This document shows, one piece after another, positions 37,581 to 50,800 of a stretch of DNA of 62,000 bases. A program made the translations under genes and the position numbers. Source of the DNA: Botryllus schlosseri (lineage: Eukaryota); the NCBI GenBank assembly GCA_051294905.1, contig CM119372.1, forward strand, positions 1,798,001-1,860,000, written 5' to 3'. Within the stretch, counting starts at the first letter, position 1. Each line of letters opens with the position of its first letter. The notes under the pieces are model-generated. The model saw nothing but the letters and a program-made list of their open reading frames with translations, made no database searches and had not been told where the DNA came from.

Positions 37581-38300
37581 CAGTGCTTTTCAAACTTTTT
37601 GAACTCCATTCGCACTTTTTTTGTGAAATAAATTTCCTTCACACAAACTAACCGAAAATAGTTATACAAAAATAAGATGAAGATACGGTCTTTCTGGTTT
37701 ATCTGGAAAACGGACATCGTCCATGTTTTCCAGAAAAACCATTCGGACAAATCTTATCATGATTTCAAACCAAAAGTCGGCAGATTCTAATGATCAAGTC
37801 ATATTTCTGCGTGTCTCGCTTATTGGCTACAGTACCCAACATAGTGACCTTGGATATGTAAATACTATCGCAGGATATTTTGTAATCAGTTCAACAAAAA
37901 TATGACGATTGTTTAGAAAAAAGTCAATTTGACGTCATTTTTTCAGCCTGTCACGGGCTCAGACGGACTATGTCTGCCATACTACACCATTGTGTGTGTA
38001 GCTGCAGCTTCCGAACCAGGCTCTTCGTTACGTAATAATTATAGGGCGGAAATATTAATTTACTACGGCATGTGATAGCTACGATTAGTGGTGCGTCGTA
38101 AGTTAAACAAGTTACAATTGCGTCGCAACCACAAAAGTTACACTGCCCTTGAATTTCCATTACGTTTTCTCGAATTTCCCATTACGTTTTTTTAAAAATA
38201 TTCCACGACAGAAAAATTAAAAATATTCAGAATTTTCATTCGCACTGCAATTTTTTTCATTCGCATCAGTGCGAACCGTCACACAGGTTGAAAAGCACTG
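37581..38300. mobile_element. hAT MITE just upstream of the CUB receptor gene
   Basis: TIRs CAGTGCTTTTCAA / TTGAAAAGCACTG; perfect TSD TATAAGAT. Confidence 0.88.
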
Positions 38301-38654
38301 TATAAGATCATTGCTACGAATGGGTGTTCCGATCAAGATGATCGTCGACCGTAAAAATGCTGCATAACGATGTATAGTCCCAGTTAAGAATATTTTCGGT
38401 CTGTTCATGACTCTGGTCTGAAGCCTTTTACGTCGAAGGGTCCATATTTAACCGACATTTTCAATTGTCAATGTCAATCCACTGTGACGTCATGTGGGTC
38501 CAGTTTTAAACATGTTCGTTTCAAATTGCTTTTTGTTTTAAATGCAAACCTAGTTATAGCTAATTAACTATAAGCTATGATTCAGTACAAAGCAAGATCA
38601 TTTCTGTTAAATATTTTATACAGGCATAAGCATAACATATAATTGCTAATTGAG

Positions 38655-41600
38655 ATGCGAAAACATTACAAACCTGCACTATTCGTCGACTTACTCCGGA
38701 TGATTTACTTCATAACAACGTGTAAGTTATTGGCCAATACACTATTGGTCCGCGAAGAAATCTATTCACACACACGGTCATCTTTTGATTCGTCTGTTGC
38801 TGTTTCAGGGTCCGATCATGCGTCGGCAAATTGTAGATACAGGATAACAAAAAACTCGGGAGCGATTCAATCGCCCGAATTTCCAAGAGTGAGACAAGAA
38901 CACAACTGCGTGTGGGACGTTACATTGGAAAAGGGAACGTATTTAAGATTAGATTTGGATACAGTACAACTTTTTTACAAAGATGAACCGTGGTGGTCCG
39001 ATGAGACGGAAAACGTTTGTTCACAGACGCTCAAGATTGGCCAAGGTATTGTTCTTGTGAAAACATCCTTCATAGGCGAGCAATAACGATTTATTCTACA
39101 TGAGTGGTTATTGGCTTTTTCTAACCCGGGAACACTAATCTAATCTAATCTTCGAGCATTCGCGGAACCCCAAATTCTCGCCGATGCACAAAAACGAAGA
39201 TCTACAGCATTGTACATCACAACGTTACTACATAACACTAATTTACAAAATGTACTGTGCATCAACATAGTATTGAAAGAACAAAATCATTAAAGTATGA
39301 TTTTCACACAAACGAAAGCATTATAAGATTATTGCGAATCAGTGCAACGTCTGCTGCTGCCTTTTTTTATTCCAGTTATAAATGACAGGCTTCAACTTGG
39401 AACGTGTCATCGTGGTGTACAGTCGAAGCGCAACAGCGTGATACCAGTTGATTTATTGCAAATTAATTTATAAATATTGAAGATAGAATTGGCATTCAGA
39501 AGGACGAGGTTTCAATTTGGAATCCCGACTACTGCTGCGTTCGCCAATGAACACGACGTGCCACCCCGTCGACTAGTAATCGGGCTAATTGCCTTCAAAC
39601 AATGATGACCAAGACAGGCGTGTCATCACATATATACATGAGTTGAGTTTAGGGTTGCATTTAAAACAAAAATCAATTAAAAACAAACATATTTGAAACA
39701 AGGCCAATTTAAAACATGTTATTTTAAAGTCATGACGTCACGAATATTCGGTTGTGACGTCATAACGAATCAACATTGACAGTCGAAAGTATAGGGTAAA
39801 TGTAGCTCCTTAGACGAAATTTCTATACTATTAAGTGTTGAACCGACTATTTTGAGTGTTCCAACCATCCCATATCGATATACATAGTTCGATAGTTCGA
39901 TATCCCACTCATGAAAGTAATGAAAATGAATTATCCTTCCTTGTGTATAGTGCATCAGGTTGACAATGATCATGCTCAATTGCTCATATCAAGCGGAATG
40001 ATCCATAATTCTGTAATCTAGTGATGTGATCGAATTGACATCTGTGCTGAATTATATCGATTGAGATTCCGTCTCCTACATACATTTTTCACGCTGCAAT
40101 TACTGATTTTGCAGAAGACGTTGTTTGCCATACAACAAGTCAAGAATGTTTCATCTTCCACCTCGACAACGGATGTACCATCCCAAGCAGCGTATATCAG
40201 AAGTGCAATGTATATAAATGGAGTTATCCGTCCGTCCGAATAAGGTTCACATCTGATGGAGAAACTGGATGGATTCGTTATAAAAGGAATTATCCAAAAG
40301 GGTTTAGGATGCTGTACTCCAGAAATGACTGCATTGGAGGTAAATACTATATATGTTCGCCCCGGGAAATATTTTTGGCCGTGATTAAATCACAAATCGT
40401 AAATAAAATTATCAACAAAAAGTAGTTTACAAAGTCTGGTTTGAATCAATTATAGTAAAAGGGGTTTGGGATGCTTGATGGCAACTTTATCTAATATCAG
40501 TCCGATACAGAACAATGCACGCGACAGCATTCGGGTTGCTTTCTAGAGGCGCGATTTAACTCTTCACTTTCAGGCACTACCGAAACCACGCAAACTACGT
40601 TATCCAAAGTAACCACAACGCCGGAAATATTAACAAGTTCCAGTCGTGTTACCACATCGCCACTCACAACGTCACAGCACGCCACGGCGTCGAAAGGTCG
40701 CACGAAGCAACCAATTGCTACCACAAACCAACCCACCTCGAATGACGCATCAATTCAAGACACAACACATGCGTCACCACATAATGGCGCCGCTCAAAAA
40801 GGAATGGGAGACGGTGCCTTGGTGGCGCTAATTGTATCCTGTTTCATTTTATTATTGCTGACTGTAGCCTTCGTCATCCTCCTAATTTCTCGAAAGCGGT
40901 AAGTTCGTAAATATTTTAATGCGATAGCAATACACACTCTCGTTCATCTTATCTTAGGAGAGAGAGATGACTCCACAAATTGTGAGATATTTGCTATGTA
41001 CAGTGCAAGCCCTAAAGTTAAGATGGTAGAATGTATTAGAAGAGCTTCTTGGAGGTACAGAAAATCAATATACAATTAAATAGTATATTCATATTGAAAT
41101 GAACCCGAATATTTTCGGCTGACACTCGTCAGGGGTAATCGTCAGCAACTAGTAGAGAATTGGATGTATTAGGTCATCATAACACGATCGCTTTCTACAA
41201 ACGCGTACAGCATCATGATCCAGCATGACCTAAAAGGTGACAAACCAATTAGCTTGTGTAAGAGGCTGTTAGATTGAAACTAATTTGCAATAAGCGCGTG
41301 ACAGGGGAAATGTGCTACGGCGTGGTCATGTGGACTGCTACCCAAATAGTAATCCTTTAGGAATTTATATATATATATTCGTAACCTTTCGCACAGGACG
41401 ATATGAAATCAAGGCAAATCTATGTGACTTTTTTCATTTCGTTACTACCATCAATCCAGCAGAGGTGGTAGAAGTAGTCATCGATGATAGTCAAGTCAGA
41501 GTAAAAGTAACGCCATAACTGTATACCTAATCTAGGGTTACCATACGTCCTCCTTTGAGAGGATTTGTCCTCCTTTTTCAAGATATTTAATCGAAAATGT

Positions 41601-44343
41601 TTCCCGAGAGAGAGAGAGAGAGAGAGAGAGAGATATGGTATTCTTTTTCGCCTGCACCATCGAGATGCTTTGTCGACGGAGATGCGATACGGCCTTTATA
41701 GTAAGGTCATCTAGTCTGCATCCCCGATTTTTTTTCTCCTCCATGCTATCCGTGGTTACTGAGCGCCTAGCAGGATAGCCGCGGATACCAGTTTTCGAGT
41801 CTTTGGTCTGACCCGGGCGGGGATCGAACCCACGACCTACCGATCGAGAAGCCGGACGCACAACCATTACACTATCTCACTATCTCGAGGTAGCCCAAAT
41901 GTCCTCCTTTTTGGCGATTCGTCTCTAGGCGATTGTATACGGACAGCAAAAATGCCATAAATGACACGGAATCTGGATTTCGACACAAGTGATGGCAAGG
42001 TTGACTAAAAAAGGTCAACACCAACCGATTTTATTTGGGAGCGGGTCTTTCGTGAGTAGAGTTGAAAAAATGATCTTTTTCAGTCAACCTAGTAATAGTA
42101 CCTGTAAAAAATTGAAATTACCCGTTTTCTGGTCCGCTATATTGTATCTTTTGTGACTTGTACAAAATGTCCTAATTTCGGATTTCAAAGTATGGTAACC
42201 CTAACTTAAAAAGTCACATTGCACATTATCTAATTTACGTCACTATAGAATACTGGTGCGCAAAACGAGCTGTGCACAAACAACAGTGCTCAAAGAACAA
42301 AACATGATTTTCATACATACAATAAGATTAGAATGAATGTGCATATTCTGCAATGTGCATGCGTGCCTTCTATGTGGAACCGATGGGGTTCGTTCGAACT
42401 CCAGTTACCACTGTACTAGAGCAGGGGTATGCAGTTTACATGGAAAATATATTAGCTACACAATTATATAATTGAAATATCTATGGTCGAACTGCTGTGT
42501 CACTTCCGACCCAATAGATCCCCAGACATGAGAGAAACCGAAGTGATGGAATGATGAAATTTCATGAATAAACTTGAACTTGAAATTGAGATCCATTTTA
42601 TAGAAGACAAAAAGTGCACACTAAGAGTTTTATACAAATAGAGACAAAAAGTAGTTATTCACAGAAGCGAAAGTGCCAATGCGGAACAGTTATATGCAGT
42701 TTACATGGAAAATATGTTAGTTCCACAAATATATAATTGAAATATCTATGGTCGCACTTTCGGCCCAATAGATTCTCAGATACGAGAGAAATCGGACTCG
42801 CGGTTCAATAGTAATAAACCAAATTCCGACGTCCGCGTTTCCAATGAAATATCCTGTATTCCTTAGAACGCATATGCAGGGCTAACACCAGATTACGACT
42901 GAATCAAAGGGAGCCTAGAACATGCCAACTTATATCGTCGTTAACCTACGCCACTGTTTTAGCTGTTCTTAACTGTATTTAACCGGACAATGATCGTATT
43001 TTGCCAATTTCATTGTTCGCGAATAAATGTGTTTCGACTTGCCACTTCATAAACCCTATGATCTGTGTATTATCTATATTCAAGTGAAAAGCGAGAGCAC
43101 GAGTTAACATTTAGGAATCAGCTGACTGGTCCGGCCCGCGAGCGATTTGAAGGCTTGAATCCGGCCCGTGACGCAATTTGAATTTGACACCCCTGCAGGC
43201 CTGCAGTAGACCAACCACGTTTTGAATATTCACGTCAGTACAACGCTGTGCTCTCTGGCATGGGCAATGGGCAGAGTTACCACAAAAGAAGTGATATTTT
43301 TTTAAATAAGTACTAATACAATACCAAATATCATGATCATAAATTTCAATATATTTTGAACTATGAGATGCGCACGATACCTGACACCGATATTGGGGAT
43401 AGCAAGACACCTTACTTGCTGAACGACTATCTCCTCCTAAACCTAAAGCTTGATCTAGTGGGGGCGCTCCAAGCCCCGTTTTCTGAGTATCTCGGTCTTG
43501 GCATTCTCTGAGCCACTGCACGTCAAAGCAATATGCCTAATTGCCCAAATGCCCATTCATATATCAGCTGATTTTTCCTCGATGGAATGATATTGCTAAC
43601 GCCGAAGCTGTTTTAGCTGGTGCGGAATAGTGATGTTGAGCACAGGCGAATAGCTTATTTTTAAACAACAACAATATTTTTGAAACTGAAATCAAATACA
43701 GCATTTCGAAATGCTTTACTTAGCGTTCTCCCGCCATCTCAAATCAGATCGCGGGCGTCATGCAGCCCGCGAGTTGGTGACCTCCGTACTAGAGTAATTA
43801 CTGCATGTAGTAAAAGCCTAACTGGTTATTTCGAGAACGTAGGCGATTTTCGTTACTGAACGCTTCTACAATCCGCTTCGCATATATTTGACAGCACGAG
43901 TGCCAACCCTAACCCATTATTGCACACGCAGAGCTATGGACAGAACGGAAGCTAAAAGCAACAGCAAAGACGCGGAGATGGTATATTCCGTTGCATACGG
44001 TCGACTCGATGTTGGCGGATCCACTGAAAGTCTCGGCAGGTCTACTGTCGCTTCGCAACAGAACATAGAAGACGAAGGTTTCATATATTCAACAGTAGCT
44101 GTGAATCAGATAAACGGCAGCTCGCAGCAGACCAACACGGGCCTCAAATCTGACAACGCGACTTACGAAACAATGCCAGACATTGTTCACGTCACTTCTC
44201 ACGCGGACTGCGACACGTACGCTAGCGTAATCACGACCAGCGACAACAAAACGAAGCGCAAAACAACCTTCAGATATAAAGTGGATTCACCGGCTCCCCA
44301 CCAGAGCCGACAGATGGTAAACAATGTCCTCTATGAATACTGA
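38655..44343 (+). CDS. Type I membrane protein: signal peptide, CUB domain, Ser/Thr-rich stalk, TM helix, tyrosine-motif tail, 421 aa; exons 38655-38721, 38809-39045, 40115-40339, 40574-40898, 43932-44343
   Basis: CUB motifs CRYRITKNSGAIQSPEFP..NCVWDV and VRIRFTSDG..KGFRMLY. TM ALVALIVSCFILLLLTVAFVILLI followed by SRKR. Phases 1,1,1,2 are consistent; 1266 nt. Confidence 0.88.
41043..41163 (-). ncRNA. Minimal type I hammerhead ribozyme with pseudoknot, intact copy (predicted cleavage between 41107 and 41106)
   Basis: RNA: GCUGACG-AUU-ACCC-CUGACGA-G-UGUCAGC-C-GAAA-AUAU-UC^GGGU. Stem I 4 bp, stem II 1 bp, palindromic stem III AAUAUU, loop II complementary to the 5' GCUGACG. Confidence 0.72.
41533..42203. 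mobile_element. hAT MITE, TAGGGTTACCATAC family, interrupted by a SINE
   Basis: TIRs TAGGGTTACCATAC / GTATGGTAACCCTA. Confidence 0.8.
41605..41880 (-). mobile_element. tRNA-derived SINE, copy 3
   Basis: Reverse complement of the SINE at 34273; (GA)n on the + strand. Confidence 0.88.
42422..43786. mobile_element. Degenerate hAT non-autonomous element with an internal duplication of about 110 bp
   Basis: CAGGGG start, GGTGACCTCCG end, perfect TSD TACTAGAG; 42428-42540 is repeated at about 42693-42790. Confidence 0.6.
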
Positions 44344-44879
44344 CGACTGATTCGTTTCTTAATACCCGGCATTATTAGTTGCAACATATAAATTCTGTTA
44401 TTTGTGACAAGGCCTGGGAGAAGTCGAGTATCAGACTTCGAGTCGAGTCCAACATCAGTCATTAGGTGGTCAAATGAGCATGAATACCGTGAAATGTTTA
44501 AATATGTACCCTTAATATGCGTCCACAAAGACTATACCGCCGGTGCTATAACAAAGATAATTTGATACTATTATTATTTCGACCGTACCTATTTCATTGG
44601 AGTTTGTGACAGTGCTGTGGATTGGCCACGACCTCACGGAAGCGTCAATTCCACTAACGCGAGTCGAATAATTAGAATTAATACTCGATTCGGATAAGAC
44701 TACTCTAATTCTTATGCCCAGCCATATTTGCGACCCCTCTTTCGCAATTATATTTATTCGCATTTCATAAAATTGCACTTTCAGTTCGTTTTACTTTGAA
44801 ATAAGAAGCACCATATCACCAATTGTTTTTCTTGAGACTCAGTGACTGTCAAAGTATTGGAAGCTGCCGATACGTGTCC

Positions 44880-47800
44880 TCATAACTTTGTTTCTTCGAG
44901 GTAATAGTCGGACTGCTCTTGTTTGGTGAATAGCAAGGTGAGTTGAGCAAATAGGAAGAAAACCGAGCCTGGAAATTGAATGTGTCATACCGATGAATAA
45001 TCCATCGGGATTGAATAGATATCCGAGAAGATAAATAGTACAATTAATATACTCAATACTATTTTTAGTAGCACATAATCTTTATGTGTGAACCTGTATA
45101 AGTATATGAAAGGATATGTGCAAATGATTGAAGACGATGGGGTTAAGAGCGTCCACCGCTCATATACTCACTACTCAGTTATCACGAAACACCGACACAA
45201 GATACACCGACACAAACAGGCCAAATGTACACACGAATCGGCGTATAAAGCGGGTACAAGGTTACGGACCTCAGATGGACGACAGGAAAAGATTTCAGCC
45301 TTTTCAAATTAGATTAGACGTAGAATTACTGTATTCGCAAAAGCTTGGAAATTGAATTCAATTGCGAATTAGAAAGAAATACAACGAACCAGGAAACAAG
45401 AAATCAGATTATAATTAAACTTGTGATATGGAAGTATTAGATTACCGGCATTTCACTGTGGCTAGTCAAGTTAGACTACAATAAGTTTTCCAAGTCTGCT
45501 GCCGACTTACTCGTCAAGTAAAATCCAGGATAAACTAAAAACAGAGCTTCTCTAAATCCTATCGCGTCGGCGATCGGCGGCACGATAAGCTGAGCATTCC
45601 CGCCGATGTTGTTGATCACAAATATGAAGCAGGCGACGGCTGTGGCTCTTGCGTGGGCCGGATAGAATTCGACCAAGATTGTAAAAAGAACGCCAAACCA
45701 CATTTCAGCTGAAAACACATGGCGCCCTTCAACATTGTAACATGCGAAAGCTGCATACACAAAATTACGCATACGCACAACCTACCAGTGACATACAGTG
45801 ATCTTCCTGATTGGTGAGGCCCTGATGACCCCTTTAGAGTCAGATTTACAGATGTATAAATGCAAAACGGTATAACTGATTCGGTTGGCGACTTGTTTCT
45901 GATCACATTAGCAGTCTACCTCTATAGTTTACATACGCAGGCTAAGCAAGTACGACAAGATAGATATGGATGGAAATTACATAGCAGCTACACCTGTAAG
46001 GGAACATATGTACTTGCTGTGTAGTGTGTAGTACATGCTGGCCGTCGATACACCGCCAATTTGCGAAGTCGATAGCGCATTGTTCTACTACGCTGCGATT
46101 GTCGGATTGTTAGCCAATGATCAGCGATGCATATTCATTTGTGCCTCATTTGGTAATTGTTTCTCTGCGCTGTCATTGTACATAACAGAGCCGAATTTCA
46201 CCTTCCCTGGCTGCTGTGTGGTAGTTCTCGTGCTCTGACATTATTAATGTTCAGATTTTCGGAAACAGTGTGACAGTAGCATTCGATTAATACCAGTTAT
46301 TTTAAATTCTAAGCTGTCTATGATGAATTGGGCCATCACCGGCGAGGCTTGACCCGTCTCTGCTTCACCTATGAATCACCTCTCCTTTGCGCTATAACAA
46401 ATATGCAACTGGCGTGATTTTGGTGTAAAATGTTCACAATTTGTTCATCCATGAACATGAACATCAATGGAGAATAGCGATAAAATCGTTGAAGTTTTTC
46501 ACAATTTTCTTTTGCTCATCCTGATGACAAGTGAGGCACTGCCTCAATTGCCTTCCCTCACCGATAATACGCACGTACAACCTACAAAGATTGCATATAG
46601 CTATCAACGTACCGAATAAATATGCCGCTAGCAGCGATATGAAGCACTGAGGTGGTTCGGCGAGGAGAACGCCAGCCGCGCACGGTGCAGCCAATGCCTG
46701 CGACACTACTAGCACCCACAGACGCGTTTTGACACCTGAACGAACAAGCGCTGTAAATGTGGTCGACGCAGCATACGATGTATAAGCCACAACGAATCTT
46801 CCATCTCACCGTATCTTTTGGCCAAGATATCAGACGCAAGGCCTCCGACGACAATACCGATAGTACCGCCGACGATGGATGTTATCGACATGAAGAACCC
46901 CACTTCGGTACCAGGGAAATAGTCGTCAAAGTACAACTGAGCGTTGTACGACCAGCAGAAGCTCGCTGTCAAGCAGTTGTAAGTTATCAGCATCTTTCAG
47001 ACAGGATAAAGCGATGTGGTTCACAAGCGGTTCTATTCAGACGGTTAGATAGTCCTACTTGTTTAATGAAACTGATTTAAGGGGAATGCCGGTAAACTAA
47101 TTCCAATCTAATTTGAGATATGTTTCTATGTTTCTGGTTTTCCTGAAAATGCTACAGGAGAACGTCACAGTGCGACATCGGTCAAGCGTGGCGTACATTT
47201 GTACAGACATTTGACGTAATCATGCTTACCAGAATGAACTGTGATTTGGTATGAACAGAGTTTGATTTTTGTTGTATTTCATTCTGATTCGGATTAAACT
47301 GGATCACCAAGTTCTTGTGAATTCAGTAGTTTTAAATCTAATCTAATTTGGCAAATAATGCGTAGTTACTAGCTATAGCTCTAATTATAATCTAATTTGG
47401 AAAAGCTGAAAACATTCTGGTTGTTTAAATCTGTGGTTCTATTGTTCTATTATTGTCGTCTGCCCATCAGGACATCTAGTACAGTCTATTCATCTACTAA
47501 CATCTAGGGCTGGGCAAAATCGAGTATACCTGAGTGATTCGATTCTGAATCACGTAATATGCTTCGAGTCGAGTCGAGCAATCGAGTATCTCTCATTATG
47601 ACGTCATAACATTATCTAATAGTCAAAGTTGAATTATGTACCGTTTATGTCACCACAAAGAATATAATGCCTATTATCCATCTCATAAATGATACTTAGG
47701 TATTTTTTGACCATACCGAATTCATTTCACTTGGTGACAATGTTATGGGATAATCATAACTTTCGGAAATGTGCTACGTCCAGTAACCTTCGTAGCTTTG

Positions 47801-50800
47801 TACTATATGTTTCGTATGCTACGATACTGCCAATCTATAGGTTCCAAGGCTTCAACCGTGAAAATTAGTACCGAAACTATAATTCTGGTTGATAAATTAA
47901 TTTTCAGTGGCGAGAAGGGCAGATTTTCAGTACTCGAAAAAGTCGTCTTTTACTACTCGACTCGAATCATCAAAATTCATGCTCGATTCAGATTCGAGTA
48001 CTCGAATCATTGTGCCCAGCCCTACTAACATCCAGTCCGACATGCCCGTATAAGAATATGACACTTACCGGAATGGCGGAAACAAGCTCCTACGAGAAGC
48101 AGCGGCACCGTCGCATTTTTGCAAGTCAGTGCGGTGACTTCGCGGAATTTCTCGCCGTTACTTTTCCGAATTTTCACATCACCTGATATAAAGCAGTGCT
48201 TAATGGTCAGATACATATGGACGCTTGGCGATCATGTGGAAAAGTGTGGGCTTGGCTACCTAATTCATGACTTCACTGTTGACAATATTCTACTGCGGCG
48301 GCGGCGCAAGAGTTTGATTCACGAAACACACGATTCGTTTTCGCAATCAATCAACCAATCTATTATTCGTATTAATTTTATCCGTTCAAGACACACCATG
48401 TACGGCTCGATACACAGCACACAACGCGATGTAACGGAACAGATAGGATGATGTCGAATCGGCCATGTAAAGACTCTCCATCTGACATCCATCTCATCCA
48501 AATGCCTGGTGTATTGGTCAAGGCCTTATTGGTAGATGGAGAATATGAACTTTGCGATGAGATGATTAGCTGCTGGACTGACGATCCTATAATCGCTGTC
48601 GTGTCATTAGTTTGGACCATACAAGTTTTGCATTATACGATAAGAAAGAACGGTTGGTGAAGATCATACATAACCAATTTTCCCTCTAATTTTTCATGAG
48701 TCTGCTGCGCGCACTAACCAACTCACTGCGCGGTCCCCTGGACAACAGTGCGTAACGACTAAAAAAATGTCATCACTTCGGCTTTCTTGTGCACGGCACA
48801 CGTTTCTCTGCGCATATTGATCATAACTACGGGATGCCACGGTGTTTCGGGAACACTGCACTTATCGCAAAATGGAGGCTACATTCTTACCGAAAAGAGT
48901 GTGTATAAAGTATATTCACACCCGAAAGGTAGTACACGAACACACCTCAGACTTTAACCGCGGTATAAATCAGCTACAACATATTAATCCAAATTATTCT
49001 TGCTCCTAGGAACGTTAGAAGGTATGCACAAGCACATAGGCTATGCACGTAGGATTTATTACCGCGACATAAATCCGAGTTAGGTGCCGTGTGTATACAT
49101 ACTTTTTTAAAGCTAAGGGTGTACCCCCTACTACACGTACAATCGTACAGTGTACACTGTACGTATACATATATACAATTGTACATAAAGGCGACGTGGA
49201 ATGCACTTTCAATGAAGAGAAACGTCGTTCAGACTATTATACAGCAACTTACCGTGTCCACTTTTCCCGGTGAATTCCACATCGTCGTTGCCGCGTGTTG
49301 GCTCACGAACTGTGCCTATGACTAGAACCGCCATGAAGAAACCAGCGATTGCAGTTATTACGTAACAGCTCCTCCATCCCTATTATATTATATATTATTA
49401 TATTTATATTAATTCATGATATATTCTTTTATTTATTAATAATATTCCCGACTTCAGCAAATTGAAGAGCGTGACCACAACGTTCGCGAGTACCTAGCCC
49501 TGGTCCTTATGTGGAGCAATTGGTAAAACTATGTTAAAGAATGTCCGATGCAGTGAATAGACAAATTAGCATGCGGCGCAGCTGGGTTCGAAATAGATTC
49601 TATGGACACACAACCTCATTGATATTATGGGCAATAGGCAATTGGACATATCTGTCAAGATCAAGAGGGTGGCGAACGAGATTTAGAGGCCACAAGTTTT
49701 GACACGATTCGACTTAATCGAGTGCTTTCAATTATTCTCAAGACTTTTGTCGCAATATTCTCAGAAACCAGAATATTTCAGCGCAGAGTCATGTGGCGCT
49801 AACAGTATGATTCCCGCATTTTTGGAGTCGGGAAAGGAGTACACTTTTACCAAATCTTAAAATTTAGTTGACCTAAATTGAAAAAAAGCTGATTTCCTAT
49901 TATCGACCGTGATGACTAAAAAATGATCATCACTACGGTTCGACTCCCGAAATATCCGCTTTTTTACGATAATGCCCAGTGTTGACTAAAAAAGGTAGCT
50001 AACTGCAACACAGCTCAAGATGCATATCAAATTAACAATCACACCAAGTTATGGTGTATGATAAATGTTCACTGTTCATCCACGCCCTTCAAAATTAGGT
50101 ACCGCAAAGCAGACCTACTGCCGAATACTGTATATTGGCTTGGTGGCTAATAACCGGTTCATAATCCAGTGGTTTGGAGTCCGTTGGCGGAAGGATTTGG
50201 TGGAAAAGACGTCACTACAGTCAGTGAATCACCAATCTCTAGCTAGAACTACAATACTATTGAACGCAAAGCGTCTGTTGCACATTATGGAACATATATT
50301 ACTTGCCGATCCGAGTATATCCGCCTCCGTCACATAGTTCCCAACGGCAAAGGCCAGGCCATATCCGAGATAGATTCCCCAATTGTAAACGCTCATTGCC
50401 CTGCCGCGCGATCTCGCAGGGAACCAATCTGCTACCAAGCTGGAAGCCAACGGAGTGCAAGCAGATTCCCTGTCATGACATGATGAAGTTGATAATCGTG
50501 CGATTTTTGCATTTTTGTCCGAGATTCTTTCCCATGATTTGAAATTGTATCTGTAACTTACGCCGAAGCATCGAATAGCTACATAAACAGGTCATGGTCA
50601 AATTTAAACCAAAGCACAAAGTCGTGGTGTGTTTTCAATGTATTTCTTTCGCTAAAGTGCGTTTACGTCAACAATAGGCTACTAGTCCTAGATCTCGGAA
50701 CGCTAGCATTTGTCTAACACAGTGGTTCTTAACCGTTGTTCCCGGAAACCGCATATGGGTTCCCTGAGCCATGCAGTCTCAGGGGTTCCTTGAAGGCCAA

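Noticed and set aside
39340..39440. Possible hAT transposase C-terminal remnant on the minus strand
   Set aside because: Too short and degenerate to support.
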